From Phoronis australis (lineage: Eukaryota; Animalia; Phoronida): 64,000 nucleotides of DNA. Location of the stretch: the NCBI GenBank assembly GCA_002633005.1, contig NMRA01000028.1:460606-524605 (forward strand). The letters are read 5' to 3'. The notes under the pieces were generated by a model, which worked only from the letters and a program-made list of their open reading frames with translations, ran no database searches and had not been told where the DNA came from. Both the position numbers and the translations under genes were made by a program. Below are positions 26,744 through 40,500 of the stretch, piece by piece (position 1 is the stretch's first letter; the number at the start of each line of letters is the position of its first letter).

Positions 26744-26878
26744 TGTCGTTGACGCTTTTACTGCTGGCGGAGGTGGTAATATCCCGGGAGCGAAAATTGC
26801 TCGGAGTGCAGAGGCCGACCTGGATTCACTGATCAGTACTCTAGAAGCAGACGATCTGAACGTTAAACATGAAAAGAG
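26744..26878 (+). CDS. Secreted prepropeptide gene copy A, second coding exon ((I)VVDA-FTAGGGGNIPGAKIARSAEADLDSLISTLEADDLNVKHEK)
   Basis: Acceptor ttttcattgtag, donor gtgagt; 135-nt phase 2-2 exon joining in frame to the previous exon (AT|T = Ile); open frame kept in copy B with several synonymous changes. Confidence 0.85.
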
Positions 26879-27572
26879 GTGAGTTGACTTTTGTAAGCGT
26901 ATGCGTTTTTATGACATAAAACACTTGTAACCTGTGGCAATGTTTGTGTAGGGTAACCCCATCACCATAAAAGGGAAGCTTTTTAGCTTCTGTTTCTCAA
27001 TAAGCCTAGTTCTTGCCTGTGATAATAAGTGCATCCTGTATTGTAAAAGGAACAATCTCTGGATATCCAGAAAGGCTCGTCAATCTCCATCTTCCATTCT
27101 GCCTTTTTGACAGGAATTATTGACATTCGCTTCTTTTAAAGAGAGTCATGAGAGGTGCAGACCAGTTGCCTTCTAGTACCATTCGCGCACCCAGGAGGAC
27201 TCGGGAGCCCCCTATTTGGCGAAGTGAGCCAAAAGGTCCGCCTCAGAGAAACAAAAACTCCAAAAGAAATAGAAAACTTAACAAAAGTCCACTGAAGAGG
27301 CAGGAACCACTAAAATTCGACGAATACACAATTCATAACTGTGAACCTATCCATTGAATCTTTTTTCTTAGTAAGGGTCCAAATTCTCAGAAATTCGAGC
27401 CCCCATTTTTAGGCTGACTGGTGTGACTTTGAACAAGGTTGCCTATACTTTTTGTCTTTTTTGTCACACTATTTGTGGTTGCTGTTATTTCTAAACCATT
27501 TTGTGCTGTGCTGGTTGTATATTGCGTTGAAAGTTACGCTATGGAACTTAAATATATATTTTTGGTTTTCAG

Positions 27573-27588
27573 GGAAACATCGAATTGA
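27573..27588 (+). CDS. Secreted prepropeptide gene copy A, probable last coding exon ((R)ETSN*)
   Basis: Acceptor tttttggttttcag; phase 2 completes KR-ETSN-stop; AATAAA at 27632-27637; copy B differs only by synonymous ACA>ACG. Confidence 0.6.
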
Positions 27589-28192
27589 GAAAAGAGGCAA
27601 GCTGTTTGAAATTCCGTATTGTGTCTTCAGCAATAAAAGATGGATTATCTAGTTGTTAGCGAAATATTTTGCAGATAGGCATATCAATTTACTGTCATAT
27701 CACTGACTAATTCAGACTTGCATGATGGTGAACAATTTTGGGGGGAGAAAATAATTTTGCACCCTCCGTTCCAAAATATCACATTTCTTCCTAGCTGTAC
27801 AACTTCGCAACCTCCCCCATGTCGTCACCCCTCCCACCCGCCACACGGGTGCAGGCTTTGCTGTTTGGGAGACAAACCTTGTGTTTCAATAAAATTTCAC
27901 GTTAAAGGGTAATCTTTTCTTGCATTAGGCATTTCTGGCAAGAATTTCGTCTTTACGGAATATAACTCACTTTATTGGGGTGCCAAAACATGTATTGCCA
28001 AATGCACTCAAACCTTTCTTTTAGGAGGTACATTCTACACTACTTGTCCACTCCGTTAAAAGCAAAATTATCACATGGTCCAGTACCCGTTTAAATTGTT
28101 GATCACGTAACGGAGGGTTCAAATACTTTAGACCTGAGAGTAACTCGTAGGCTTACTGCGTGCAGTGAAATACACAGAGAACGAGCATATAT

Positions 28193-31100
28193 CAGGTGTC
28201 CCAAAAATGGAGCCATTTTAACAAGTAGTCTCTCAGTATCAGCCGATTTTTTCAAATTTCTTACAGATGAACCTGAGGATATCATCAACAAATGTACAAA
28301 ATGTCAAAGAGATTTGTATCCATTTGTGCAAGTACTGTCAAATTAAAAACATCAGGTCAAAAAATAAAATATCAAAGGGAAGCTTGCTTATTTCAGTCTA
28401 TGCTTATGGTGGTCTACATCTTCCTCCACGAATACACGGAGCCATTTCGGCAACCAGAAATGCTTTTCCGTATTTTTTTCCATCGAGATTTCCTCCCATG
28501 ACACAATTATCGTGTCTTTTAACTCCTGCTCAGAAAATTTGCCTCTCATTCCCCGGTAAACTTTCTCCTTCCTAGAGTTCTATGTGACATAGTGCTTTGG
28601 ATTGCAGTCAAGGATAAGCGGAGACCATTCATCCTTTTTGATGAATTTTGGTGTAGCTTCCTCCAGGTGAGCGTGGGTCATCTTGCTGGTTTGTGAAGGA
28701 GCCAAATCTTCCTGAAACACGTAATTGTTTCCAGGACAAGGTCGCCTGTAATCCTTGAGAAGATTTTCATGCAATAACTGCATGCTCGTTTTTTCCCATC
28801 AACACTATGGTATAGGCGATTTTTAGCGATTTCTAACGTAAAGTCTTTTTCATCAGTGAAAATGATTGTTTTCACATCAGTGGCTGAACGGCGGTCATGG
28901 AAGTAGCGGCATCGAGTTTTCCTTTTCCTTCTAACATTTTGATCTCTCCGAGATACCCACAATCTTTTGACGGGTTTTAACTCCAGATATTTCACCATTT
29001 TCTGCACAGAAGACTTGCTCACTTGTAAATCCCTTGCGATTTCTCTTAGAGATTTGTGATTCCCCGGGTCATTGTCCTCCTGGGATTGAGTTAGTTCCTC
29101 AACACGATCGTCGTTTTCTTTCGAACACGCAGTCTTGGGTCTCACAATGCCCCTTTTACGCGCAACAGACCCTGTCTACTTACAGTACCACGACTCCGCC
29201 CTTTTTCTAGGAACTCCCTTACTATTCTTCTTGCACTCCACCTTTTCTCGTTGAAGCAGATTCCAATTGTAAATTGACCACTTTCACTAAAAGGCACCCA
29301 TACAAACCGGAATCTGACAATAAAAAATGACTTAAAGGAGAATGTCACCCGATTTAATTAGTCATTTTTACCGTCTTAATCAGTCTATATCCACATCGCT
29401 TCTTATACGGTCGACCTCACCTTGCCGAGAGGTGTCGCGTTAACCTGTGAGGAAGGTGAGAAGCGACGCAGTGACGTCAGTGGTTCGCCTGCAGAGTGAA
29501 TGCCGCTATATTGCGGTGCATCTGTTCGCGCTTGTCCGAACTATGAAGCTGTGAAGAAAGCGGTTATATCGTTTTTTCGACTTCTTCGAGAGCCCGAAAT
29601 GCTTAGGAAGTGACTCGCGATAGTGAAAAATGAAAGGTATGCTGTTAATAGCGAGTATGAGGACGTGAAACATCTCCGTGTCTGTGGCCGGCATTTCGTC
29701 GACAGTTATTTCTCTGACGAATTCCGGCTTACCAAAGAACTATCCATACGTTCCGTTGCCTGTGCATGTTCACGGCGCCTCTCTAGTATTGCTTGACCAG
29801 TGAGTGTATTCCGGTTCGAACTGATAGCCTGTGAAACCTAAGGATGCATCTGTGAAGTTTTCGTCGGATGAGCTCTTGACTAAGTAGGGATTGGCCCCGG
29901 CGAGTTGTAATGCAGACGTTTATTATTCTGCGTTCTGTTTCAAAATGAATTATTCTCAACCTAAAATGATCCTAACCAATGCAGCTTATATAAAACTGAA
30001 ACAAAGTCTGCCTCGTTAGATACAATTTGTAATACCTTGGAGTACTCGTGAGTGCAAATATTTGAGAAGCCAGCAATGAATAGGCTAAACCACTGCGTTA
30101 CCTGCTTTTGATGCCGGCAACAAAGGTAACTGACCGGGCACCGAGGCCGTGTGAGCGCATGCTAATTCAGTGTTTGCTGACAGAAAGCTGTTTTGAAACA
30201 ATCACTCGATTTTATATGCTATGGTTACATGTTAGGTAAATCTTTATTTAGAAACACAAATACATTATTAAATCATTTTACTGTACAACCTTTGCCCTGA
30301 CGGTCTGTGGAAGGGGAACCCGACTTCGCGGCCCCCGACAAGTGAGTAGATTTTCAGTTTTCGTCACGGGCTAATTCACATAAATAATTAATTACGTGCA
30401 CATTATTATAATCTTTTCGTGACTGGAGGTTTAGTTTCCAACTCAAGCTGGTTTATGTTCGTGCCTGTCCCGGCTGCCGCGATGGACCTGATCGGGTTCC
30501 GAGCCACTGGCCGGGAAAACAAGCGTTTTGTGTGTTTAGAACTCAAAACATCACAAGTATAAATAACACAGATCTAGGTTCTCCTGTCTGTATTTCACGG
30601 AAGAATACTTCGAATTTATCTTCGAACAGACCCCAAACTCCTGCTACGGACCTTGGTAAATTGGCCTGCCGAACTTTGTAGGCTACGGTGTGTCCAAATA
30701 CCAGTAAATCCGTAACAGCGAAATAAAACAATACGTTTTTATAAGAACTCGGTGTATTTTTAAGGGTTTTACATCGAAGTTTGATGATTTATTGGTGTTA
30801 AACGATGAATTCAAGCAATAAGCTGACACCACTAACCTGTGTTGTGAACTGCTGAACAGACCGCGTGTGAAACCAATTACGTCATTGGATAATTTCAACA
30901 CATTCGTCTACCGTCAGATGTCAGGTAACGCAACCGAACCTGCCGTTATCGAGTAGAACTACTCCATCTAAATTGATACAAAATAGGTTGCTTTTTGGGT
31001 GGGATTCTCCATTAAGACCCAGGCAGACATTTTTTGTCTGACAGATGCCAGCACAGCATGACACGATGAGAGTCACAGTGACATTGGATTTCTACCCTGC

Positions 31101-31265
31101 TGTTTTGAATTTCTAATTACTTATATTTTTTATATTTCTCTAAAATACTTTGTAGACTTGTTGATGAAACGCTGAAGATACATTGTGAAACGTTTTAACG
31201 AATTCGGTTGATCAATTGCTGAGAAATTACTCGTCAAAGAGTGGCTCACATTTTTAGGACACAGG
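28193..31265 (-). mobile_element. Tc1/mariner-superfamily element, DD37D (maT)-like, decayed and interrupted by a Kolobok insertion
   Basis: TIR caggtgtcccaaaaat ... atttttaggacacagg; motifs IFTDEKDF, YVFQEDLAPS, EW...DCNP; 37 residues between the second Asp and the mutated third catalytic position. Confidence 0.88.
29336..31011 (+). mobile_element. Non-autonomous Kolobok-type DNA transposon with THAP-domain remnant
   Basis: TTAA at both flanks (29332-35, 31012-15); imperfect TIR aggagaatgtcaccc / gggtgggattctcca; absent from unit B (gacttgagaccc at ~48181); THAP remnant C..C..SFFRL..RK*..VCGRHF. Confidence 0.88.
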
Positions 31266-33294
31266 ATATAACCTTGCAATTAAGTAGACTGGGTAACTTC
31301 CGTGATAACTTCGTGAGTTCCGGAGAGGGAGGTAAAGGTTCGTTTTATTAAGGTCCAATCAGCAGAGATTTCACTTTAATTCAATGAGCCCTGAACCGCA
31401 GAAGCTTTAAAAAAATCTTCGGGAGTACTTCCACCTGGCAACTTTATTTTGACGTTTTCCAGCTCATTCATAGGTGCACTTTTCAAGTGTAAAAGTTCCC
31501 AATTTTGTTGAAATTTATAGTCCGTGTACAATAAGTCATCGTTTGATAAAAGTTTTGTTTCAGGCCTTCTAATAGAAGTACACTGAGGGTCACATTTAAC
31601 GTCGAATTTGACGATGAGGGCCAAAGAGGAGCCAACTGAATAGAAAAAATGAACTTTGTCAAATTCTACCCCCTCGTCCGCCTACATTTTCCTCTCCTGG
31701 TCTCCTACGGCCTTTATCAGCATTGAGGTAAAACGTCATTTACAATAAACAGTAACGCTTTTTGAAAAAGGTGAGGGCAGTAAGACCCGAGAAAATCCGC
31801 AGGGAGCGCAAAGTCGTCTTATTAAATGTTCATTGATAAAGGTAACAGACCAAAAATTAAATACCGGACGATCGCCGCACAAATAAAGAATTTGATGTTC
31901 AATCAATGTTGGTTGAACATGGACTTATTTATTTGTGCGGCGATCGACCGGTTTTTTAATTTTATTGTGGCCAAAAACTGATTTAATCAAAAATTTAATA
32001 TTGATAACCATTTTCCCAGTTATTGGAGATTTAATTTGTACCCCAAAATTACTCATTTTGGTCAGTTGCAGTGTTCCAATGTTTCAACAGGTATACAAAG
32101 ATATAACGAATATTGCTTGTGAAGTTGATTTTCTGTAACCTTAGTGAAGTACTGGCACTTTGCATGTATTCATGGTGTTGTTCGTGGCAAAAACGCGTTC
32201 AGAGTTTTTTTTCTTAAATGTTGTTTCGGTAACAAATCGTGTTTTTAAGCATTGTTTGCGAAAAACGTACTCCAATAGAGATCTGTGTGCGCGTTGTATT
32301 TGATGAAACAACTGAAACTGGTTAAGTGCAAAAATGATTAATGCTAGTGCAGGTGAATAAAACACAACCCAATCTTTCAACGAGCTTTCAACTTTATTGA
32401 AATCGGAATGCCTCCAAACAAATTGCACGCACGTCCTGCAATTTTCGTCACTTTGGTATCATTTCGTCATTGTCTGAAAAAAGATGAAAGTTTCCGGTAA
32501 GATCCAATATTTGACGTTCCTCCGTCCTACATTGTCCCATTGTCATATACAAACTTATAGATACGTGTTACGACGCAATATTCAGTATTTACTACATAAG
32601 CCGACAGTAGCGTCACCAGTCGATTAGAGCGACGTCTGTCGTGAAAATTAATATTCAGTTCATTTCCTCAAACGTTTCGACCACACTTAGAAAGTCAGCT
32701 AACCAGGCAAGCGAGACTTACGCTTCAGTCCACTCACCAACAACTAACATGAGCATTTTGTGACGCAGTGAATATTTGTTTTAGTGGAATCTACTTTTAT
32801 CGCCCAAGTGGGACACCAATTTTAATTACCAAGGGTGAGACCTATTGTAGGATTCGATGAAATCATCAAACTAGGGTTTAGCATCCTTTTAAAGTGAGGT
32901 GTTTAAAACTGACAAACATTAGCCAGACGTTAGTGATAACACAACATAAACAATTGTTATTAAAGTGGCATCATTCAAAGTAGTTCTCAGCCACTGAAAC
33001 TGTTCACCTGGTATTTTTACGGTTTGTTCGTGAAGATTTTTGGATTTCTGTTGATGTCAAATCATTTTTCTTTTAGTTTCAAATTTCAAAGATTCGGTCC
33101 GTCAACTGCTCGTCAATTCGCCTACTTTTCTGCCACACGGCAATACACGTCTCCGTATCATTGTGTGTCAAGATATAGGCGTAGCGCATTTCCGTTGTAC
33201 GGAAAATGTGGTCTTTTACCTTTGAGGTATACTGACAAAACATGGCGATTTGAAGCAGCAGCCAGTCCGACTTCTTTGAACACAGGCACGCATT

Positions 33295-33739
33295 ACGGTA
33301 AAGTCGCGTGATTTTCGGACGGCCCGCCATTTTCGACCAAGAATAAATATTTCCGAAATGAGTTTTTCATGGTCCACGAAATTCGTACAAGGTCCAAAAA
33401 GTTTTTCAANACAATTCTTCCTCTGTACGTGAGACGATAATGAGTACACCCCAGTACGCAGCAAAAGCGTGGCATGTTGACTGACTTGTAAGCAAAAGCA
33501 AACGACGACCGAACTTATCACAACCGAGGTAGAACAATGACTGACTTGATTGCTCTCACAGTCAGACTATGTGAAAAGAAATTGGCGCGAAATTCTTGCC
33601 TCCCAAAACGTCACTTCCGGAGTGGACGACGAGTAATTAATTGAATTACGAAAAGCTGTAAATAATGAAAAATATGTCTGGGATAATCAACGAACCTTAT
33701 TTTTGCTAAAAATGACATGAAAAAAGGTTGCCTTCACCT
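33295..33739 (-). mobile_element. Truncated second Kolobok-type element with THAP-like start (MPRFCCVLGC)
   Basis: Terminus TTAA-AGGTGAAGGCAACC on the minus strand; unit B shows the empty TTAA site at 50938-50941. Confidence 0.7.
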
Positions 33740-34789
33740 TTAACAAATAAGCAAAAACAGAATGTCAAACGCAGGACTAGAAGTTGTACAAGATTTGTTG
33801 TTTAAAGCGCTGTTAACAAATCCAGTTTTTCCGTATTGCTGACCAGTGCTAACATACTCCAGTTTTCGTATACAACTTCACAACTACGACTTGTTAGCTT
33901 GATAAGTCGTACCATTAACTCACCTCTCCACACACTCCGATTGACTGCGCACAACAGTCGTGTACGACTAATCAATGTGTGTAGATAGGACTAAGATATT
34001 GTACGTTCAATTCTTCCATGGTATGTAGGTAAGTAAGTAAGTAGTCTGAATATATTACATGCTTTAGGCTGTTGGCAACACGATGCAATGACTTGGACTA
34101 TGAATGCTTCCATTAACTGTTGTGAAATAGAACCAAGTGTAAAAGAAATTTTGTGCCTTCGGTACCCATCTAGTTATCATGAGTTTCCTACGTGGCAATG
34201 CTTTTATGGGGTAACGTTCATTTATTCAATTTCTCGGCAATCAGTTGCTAACAAGATCAATCATTTTTAGTAGCTTACAGTACATGAAATTCTATTCGTG
34301 TAATGTTTTTCCACATTTGTGAAATGCAGCGTTTCCTTGAACGGAAATCCCGGTATATTATGCTTTTTAAGTTCATGCTCGGTGACCCTGGCACGGTACT
34401 TGAATGTCACTAGATAACAGTCTGTGTAGTGACGCATTGTTTTGCGCACATTAACCAATCAAAGCCTATCAGTATTCACCTAGATTTCGTCTTAGCAGAC
34501 GGTACAGAATCAATTACGTCAAACATAATTTAACATTAACTAGCTAATAAAACCAACCTCTTTTCCTGGTTCGTGTCTTCCACTGTTAGTTGTTTCTGGA
34601 ACTCTTCGGCATTGGACTCTGCACGCCGATCAATTCTTGCACCCATTACATTTGCAGTAAAACCCTCCACTACACTGTAAAACAAGTACCCAATATGGTC
34701 GAAAAATAGACGATGTTTTTAATTTTCGGATAAAAGTGTATGAAAATATATATCACGAAAGTACGCCAAGTTTTCCTGGTAAAGGTATC

Positions 34790-35414
34790 TGTCACGTTTT
34801 CCCTTCAATGGATGGGCGCAGGTTGTTGCTAAAAGCTTTCGGTGCTATGACAGGTTGAGGACAGGTTCGAGTTAATCACTTTATTGACTTCGACCGTACG
34901 TTCACAAGTCTACTCAAACAAAACGTCCAACGTAATGTCACTTCTATGCTATAGCCAGTGCTGGGAAGCATGGAATTGCGAGACACTTTCAGGTACTGTT
35001 CTCTCGTTGTTTCAATAACCTGCGGTCTCTATAGCTGGTTTTATGTTGACTAACGCTGTAACTCCTGACTCTCTTCACTGAAACTCAATTATAACTTCAG
35101 CTGAGTTGAGCTCACTTTCATCTCCAGCTGTATTTAGCTTACTCGCCTTCAGTTTTCTTGTAACTCTCCGCCACTAACCCGTGTTTGGGTATTCATAGTA
35201 TCATAAAATGTTTTGGAACTTTCCACCAATTTAAGTAGATTCTAGAACTTTCCGGAATATATCCAATCTTTCTACAAACATTCAATGTATACTAGGCTCT
35301 AGAATGTTACAGACTACACTAAGCACCAGCGTACTAGAATCATCTAGAATGTTCCCTACCATTCTGTTGTAAACAACTTAGACAAACACTGTTCTGACCT
35401 CATGGGTCATGTCA
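34790..35414 (-). mobile_element. Candidate solo LTR
   Basis: Begins tgtcacg and ends catgtca; internal tctagaa repeats; minus-strand aataaa; no convincing TSD. Confidence 0.4.
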
Positions 35415-35449
35415 ATCAAGTGCTATCTGCTAATAAACAAACAGAACAG

Positions 35450-35870
35450 TAACATAAAAATAAAACTTTTTAAACCAAAACCAGTGTCAATCTACTCCTT
35501 AGAGTATCAAATATTTTAGAAAATTTTATTAGCTTTGGTCAGAATTTCATAACAGCAAATTCCGGCTTTGTGTTTTTGTGATTTCATTAGAAATCGCCCG
35601 TTGTAAGCGACAACACCTCTGTAGGCAAAAGTTCTTTTGCCACAGTTGTTTTTAGGTTTAACTGGTACCAGACAGCCAGAAACACTCGCTCTAGAATTGT
35701 AGTTGTGACACTGCCTGACTGCCGTGAATTTCGTAGCAAAGTAATTAGGTGTGAGGCTATGTGTGGCTTTGTACACCATAAAGTTTAAATGAAAGGCATG
35801 CCTGCAAACCAGGCTGCACCAACAAAGTTTATCGACGAGGTCAGAAATAGGAAAGTCATCATAAAGGCCA
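35450..35870 (-). mobile_element. CR1/L2-group LINE 3' fragment
   Basis: MVYKA...P.Y...HNYNSR...GKRTFAYRGVVAYN, typical ORF2 C-terminus. Confidence 0.85.
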
Positions 35871-37399
35871 CTATAGTTGAGTATCAGTGAAATTAACTGA
35901 AATCAAACCTTTTGCCTTATTAGTTTAAAACGTTTAAAAATATCCAGTGGGCTGCCGCATTGTCTCAGTCATAGCTATTTGAGAAGAGTGTCGGACTACC
36001 ACCGCGGAAGTTGTGCGTTCTAGATATCACTCACAACAAACCAAATACGGCACAATCTCAGAGCATGACATACTTGATATAGCGCAGCTTTTTCGAATGC
36101 CTATGCATGCACTTAAACACTTGGGTGACAAGTTTGAAGAGCCAAACTTTACGAAGCTGTGATAGTGTTCTATCGTTCGAGGTAAGAACGATATGATAAG
36201 TGATTGATTAAACAATGTGTTTCTAAGCTATGTGAGATGTACCTTGTATCAGCCTAGCAAAAAGTGGACGAGCGTTTTATTATTGCTAAAATTCTCACGT
36301 CGCAGTCGACAAACTCTTCACAGTTTAATGAAATCTTACCCACTCTACAGCAGTGTATTTCAAGTGAAGTTAGCAAGTAAAGTTACGGGCCTTGATTTCA
36401 GCGAATGCCTGGCATACAAAGCGAAAATTAGGGATTCGAAATGAAACCACAAAAATGAAACAGGTTTCATTTTTTCATGGCTCTGGTCGAAGCTAATGAA
36501 CTGCAAAACGTCTGCTGCAGTACAGTACAGTTTTCGGTCGTAAAACAGATAAAGACCCTTCACTGAACTGTGTGCAATTTAATGCTGAACTTTCTACCGT
36601 CTTAGATAATACGGTCTCAGACTTCTAATAAAACAAGCCCACATATTTATAATTTGTATTTTTGATGGTAAGAATGAAGGTGATGTCGACTTCATTGTAA
36701 ATATACTCCGAGATAATGAGTTAAATTACAATAATTATAGTAATACTTACTTTGTCGTAATCACAGAAGTAATAACCAACAAAGCGAAGAAAAATGCAGC
36801 AGTCTTCATGGCTTCCTAGAAATGAAACAGGAAGGAATTTGAGTGGACACAAACACCTAGTTATTTTATGATTGCTCTGGAGTTCTTGTGACTGATTTAA
36901 GTTAAAAATTTCAATACTAACCACGAAAGTGAACTTATATGACGCTTTGAAATATTCCAAATTGATCCTATTACAATTAAGAGCAGGTTTTATACATTTC
37001 AGTATAGTGGTAATCGAGTATCATAAGTATATTATTATAACGGTGACCGGGTTATAGTGTTATAACATACACGTATTAATAAAATTCACACTGACGCACG
37101 CAAACGTATTATTATCATATGATATATTTTATATTAATGAATTAAATTTATTAAATTACATGCAGGCTTACTGGTTATTAAGTTTGACAAAGACAGTTTC
37201 ATATCCACGAAGCCTCCCAGAAACAATAGTGTCTCGAAGAACACGTCATAGCATAGAGCCCTTGTTCTGTGTTCATCTGATGGAAATTTTTCTGACAAGC
37301 TTTTGAAAATAATCACAATGTTTCACGTTTTCAACTAACAGAATACAGTTTGCATCTCATATCAAGCCTCTATATTAAATAAGTAGATTCTTCAAGTGG

Positions 37400-37483
37400 T
37401 ATACATACACAATTCATACATACATACATACACACATACATATATACGTATACGTATATATAAATATACACACGCGCTCACAC

Positions 37484-37541
<58 letters not shown>
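37400..37541. repeat. Compound microsatellite (TACA)n/(CA)n/(TA)n
   Basis: Directly visible. Confidence 0.95.
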
Positions 37542-40500
37542 GAAAACCATTAGTAGGTAGACTGGACCCTGTTCAGCCCCATTTGAATATTAATGATTGA
37601 CTTGAGAATTCTCTGAGAGTATTTTTTGGGAAAATGATGATTTCACTACAAGTAAAAAAACGTAATTTGCGTGATAAATGATCAGGTCTCATATTGGCCC
37701 GCCGATATGCGCACTTAAATACAATAACAGGCTCGTTTATCTGTACTTTCAATAATATACCATTCCTAGTAATTGTGCATTTTGGGAAGTCTGAACCACA
37801 GACCCGTTGTGTGTTAACGGTCAGAACTAATGATAAGTCACTGGTAATTGGAAGTATACACGGAGCCCACGACGTGTTCCCTTGAACTTCGGACAAGAAC
37901 GACTTTTTACCAGGAGTCACTGAACATAACAGTACACGTTTCTTATTTGAAACAAACAATAACAAGTATTGAAAATTTCTTATAAAATAGGGTGTGTTGG
38001 CCTATGTTTCGAACATCTCGAATAATGCATCGTATTTAACCACGTTGCTCTACACAAAAGGTCACTGAAACCATGGACTTCTATAACGTTGTCGATGGTC
38101 GAACACAAGACTCGAAAATTTAAAAAATGGCGACTTGGTGGCGCAAAATGCATGTCTTACTGAAAATTGCTGTGACTTCTTAAAGGCCTGCACGGCAACT
38201 CTTTGTGAAACTGAGGAACGCTTCGGAAACCTGGAGAGATCCTATGAGACGTGGACATGTATTGTGTTCTGAAGGTGGGGTACTCGTCATTGTCCGCCCG
38301 AAATGGATTTTACATGGATAACGGTCGAAGCACTTATAACTTACGTTACCTAGGAAAGACAAGATTCTGGTGAACAGTCACTTACATCACAGGGTATAAT
38401 TAAAGTAATCCTGCAAGTTTCTCGTTCAGTTTTTAACCATGCGGTTTCCCCATGTAACAATAGTCTCTGTGTTTAACTCTTTGTAAAATACATTTAGTTT
38501 ACGTTTTTAATAAACTTGCAAAGTATTTTATTTCACTGTAGATGTACTTTTTCTGTTGTTATCTACATTGTTCTTCTTAATTGTTAATATCTATTTCATT
38601 TATTGTTACTCGGTGGTCAGCTATTAGTGGCCCGTGCCTTTTTTGGCCACCCAGTCATATAACAATGTATGTGTTTACATGATTTAAAGATAAAAGTCTA
38701 TCCCCCCCTCTCTCTCTCTACAGCAATTTCTTAGGATCCACGAACTCGTAAGGGCCTACTACTGAGTCATTGTCGTATTTAGACGTCGTTGGCAGATGGT
38801 GTTATCAAGAATAAGTTCTGCCTTTTGGCTCCTGCATTTAGCGTGAACACTGAGCTTGTGCTGGTCCACATAAGCTCTTGTGCTCGCCTTATAGTACGTA
38901 ACATGCTGACTAGGTGGTTCAGCCCTGCTTCACCGCATTTGACATTGGTATTTTTACCCTCACCATAGTTACTCCAAATTTGGTGATTGCTTTGCCGCCC
39001 ATGCGTGCGGTATCTACTATTCCCAATGTATTTTGTGCTGTGTATAGTGGCAAACGAGACTAACTTAGCCTGTTTTGTCAAATGCTGTCGTACCGATTTC
39101 GCAAGCTATTATTTAACTTGCGAGATCCATGAGAGGGGCGTAAGCCTGTCGCAAGATTATCGCCTTTGGGACGCTACCAGTGTTTTCTTTGTTGGATATA
39201 AAAATACAGGTCGTACGGATATCGTACCTTGGGCGCCCATCAGCCGGTTACCAATAACTGCTTATCATTATCTTTATTATAAGAAAGAAAAAAGTGAACA
39301 ATAGATACGCTTATCTACCGATATCTATATGGAACTTGCGCCCTAGTTTCCCGTTTGTCGCGGTCGCCTGGGTTCAGTCAGTTACGTCTGAGAAGCTGAC
39401 AAGAGCGGACTGGTTGCACTGTCTCTCAGATTTATCCTCGAAGACTTCTCAAAACGTAGTCGCAAGTGTCCCATAAATCTGATATCTGTCTTTTGTATAA
39501 ATGTACCATCCCAGTGCTTGATTTAGCGACATGCAGGTCGCCAATGCGGCCTCAGATTGTTTTGGTGACCTGGGAAAAGTTTCAAGCCGCCACGAGGTCA
39601 CCAATGCGAATATCAAAAGTCAGATAATAATTCCCTCTAAATTCATTTTAAGGTTCGCGTTGATTTCCAAATTTTAAATTACAAAGAGTGTTCCTAGATT
39701 TATTGCCTTTGATTCACAACTGTTCCGTTTATTTCGAAAATTCAGCGGATTTGCCACCACGAAGTTAACAGACGGCAGGTGGCATTGCCCGGCAAAAATC
39801 GGACAAGATCGTCGAAAGTCGCGCCACCAGTGCAAGCAGCCGTCTGCGTTCCACGCTCGTCCATGGATCTCCGGCGGGAGAACTAATGAAGACAGTGGAT
39901 GAAGAAAGCAAATGTACGTAGTACGTTTACTGAAGGAATTAAGAAGGAAGGAGACCCTGTCGTCCGACGTTTCTTGTTTTGGTCGACGAAAGTTTACGCC
40001 GAATAGGGATCTCAGAATTTCTTACCGCCGAAGTTTTCTTCAGTTTTGGCTACCTAAATATTTCGTTCGGCGACCTGGAATTTTGGCCAGAGATCGGAAA
40101 TGAATTGTGTATACTCAACTTGGACGGCGTGTGAACCCGGCAGCACTCCTGGATACAAGCAACGCGTAAACCCGTCACCTGGCTGGGTAGAGGCTACAGC
40201 ACGCCCCATCGGTGTTATTTTCATCCTTCGTACTTTAAACGGGCGGCAGACCAAATACAGTCACCGAATAATAGGTTTAAACGTCGTCAAAAATACATTT
40301 TACACTAAAAATTATCGCATCCTCTACGAAGCATGTCAACAGGGGCTAACCTATCGCAAGCAACGCCCCCTTGCGAAAATTCGCTGAACACCCGACAACC
40401 AAACAATATGTCGGAGTCAAATACACTGTCGCTGAACGGCGTTCCCCTCTAATGAAATCGATTGGGTGTTTTTGGACTATCCAAAAGCGCTTCGACAAAT

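Larger units (their letters stand above)
19200..34270 (+). repeat. Segmental duplication unit A
   Basis: Collinear with 36100-51310, e.g. 19314/36217, 21982/38779, 24537/42790, 26744/44797, 28193/46945, 33024/50447; differs by substitutions and lineage-specific insertions. Confidence 0.95.

Noticed and set aside
27100-27123. Acceptor-like cctttttgacag as last exon
   Set aside because: Not conserved in unit B.
33024-33311. ORF considered as an alternative last exon of the peptide gene
   Set aside because: 1-bp indel relative to unit B, largely deleted in unit C, and a better acceptor with polyA signal exists at 27573/45629.
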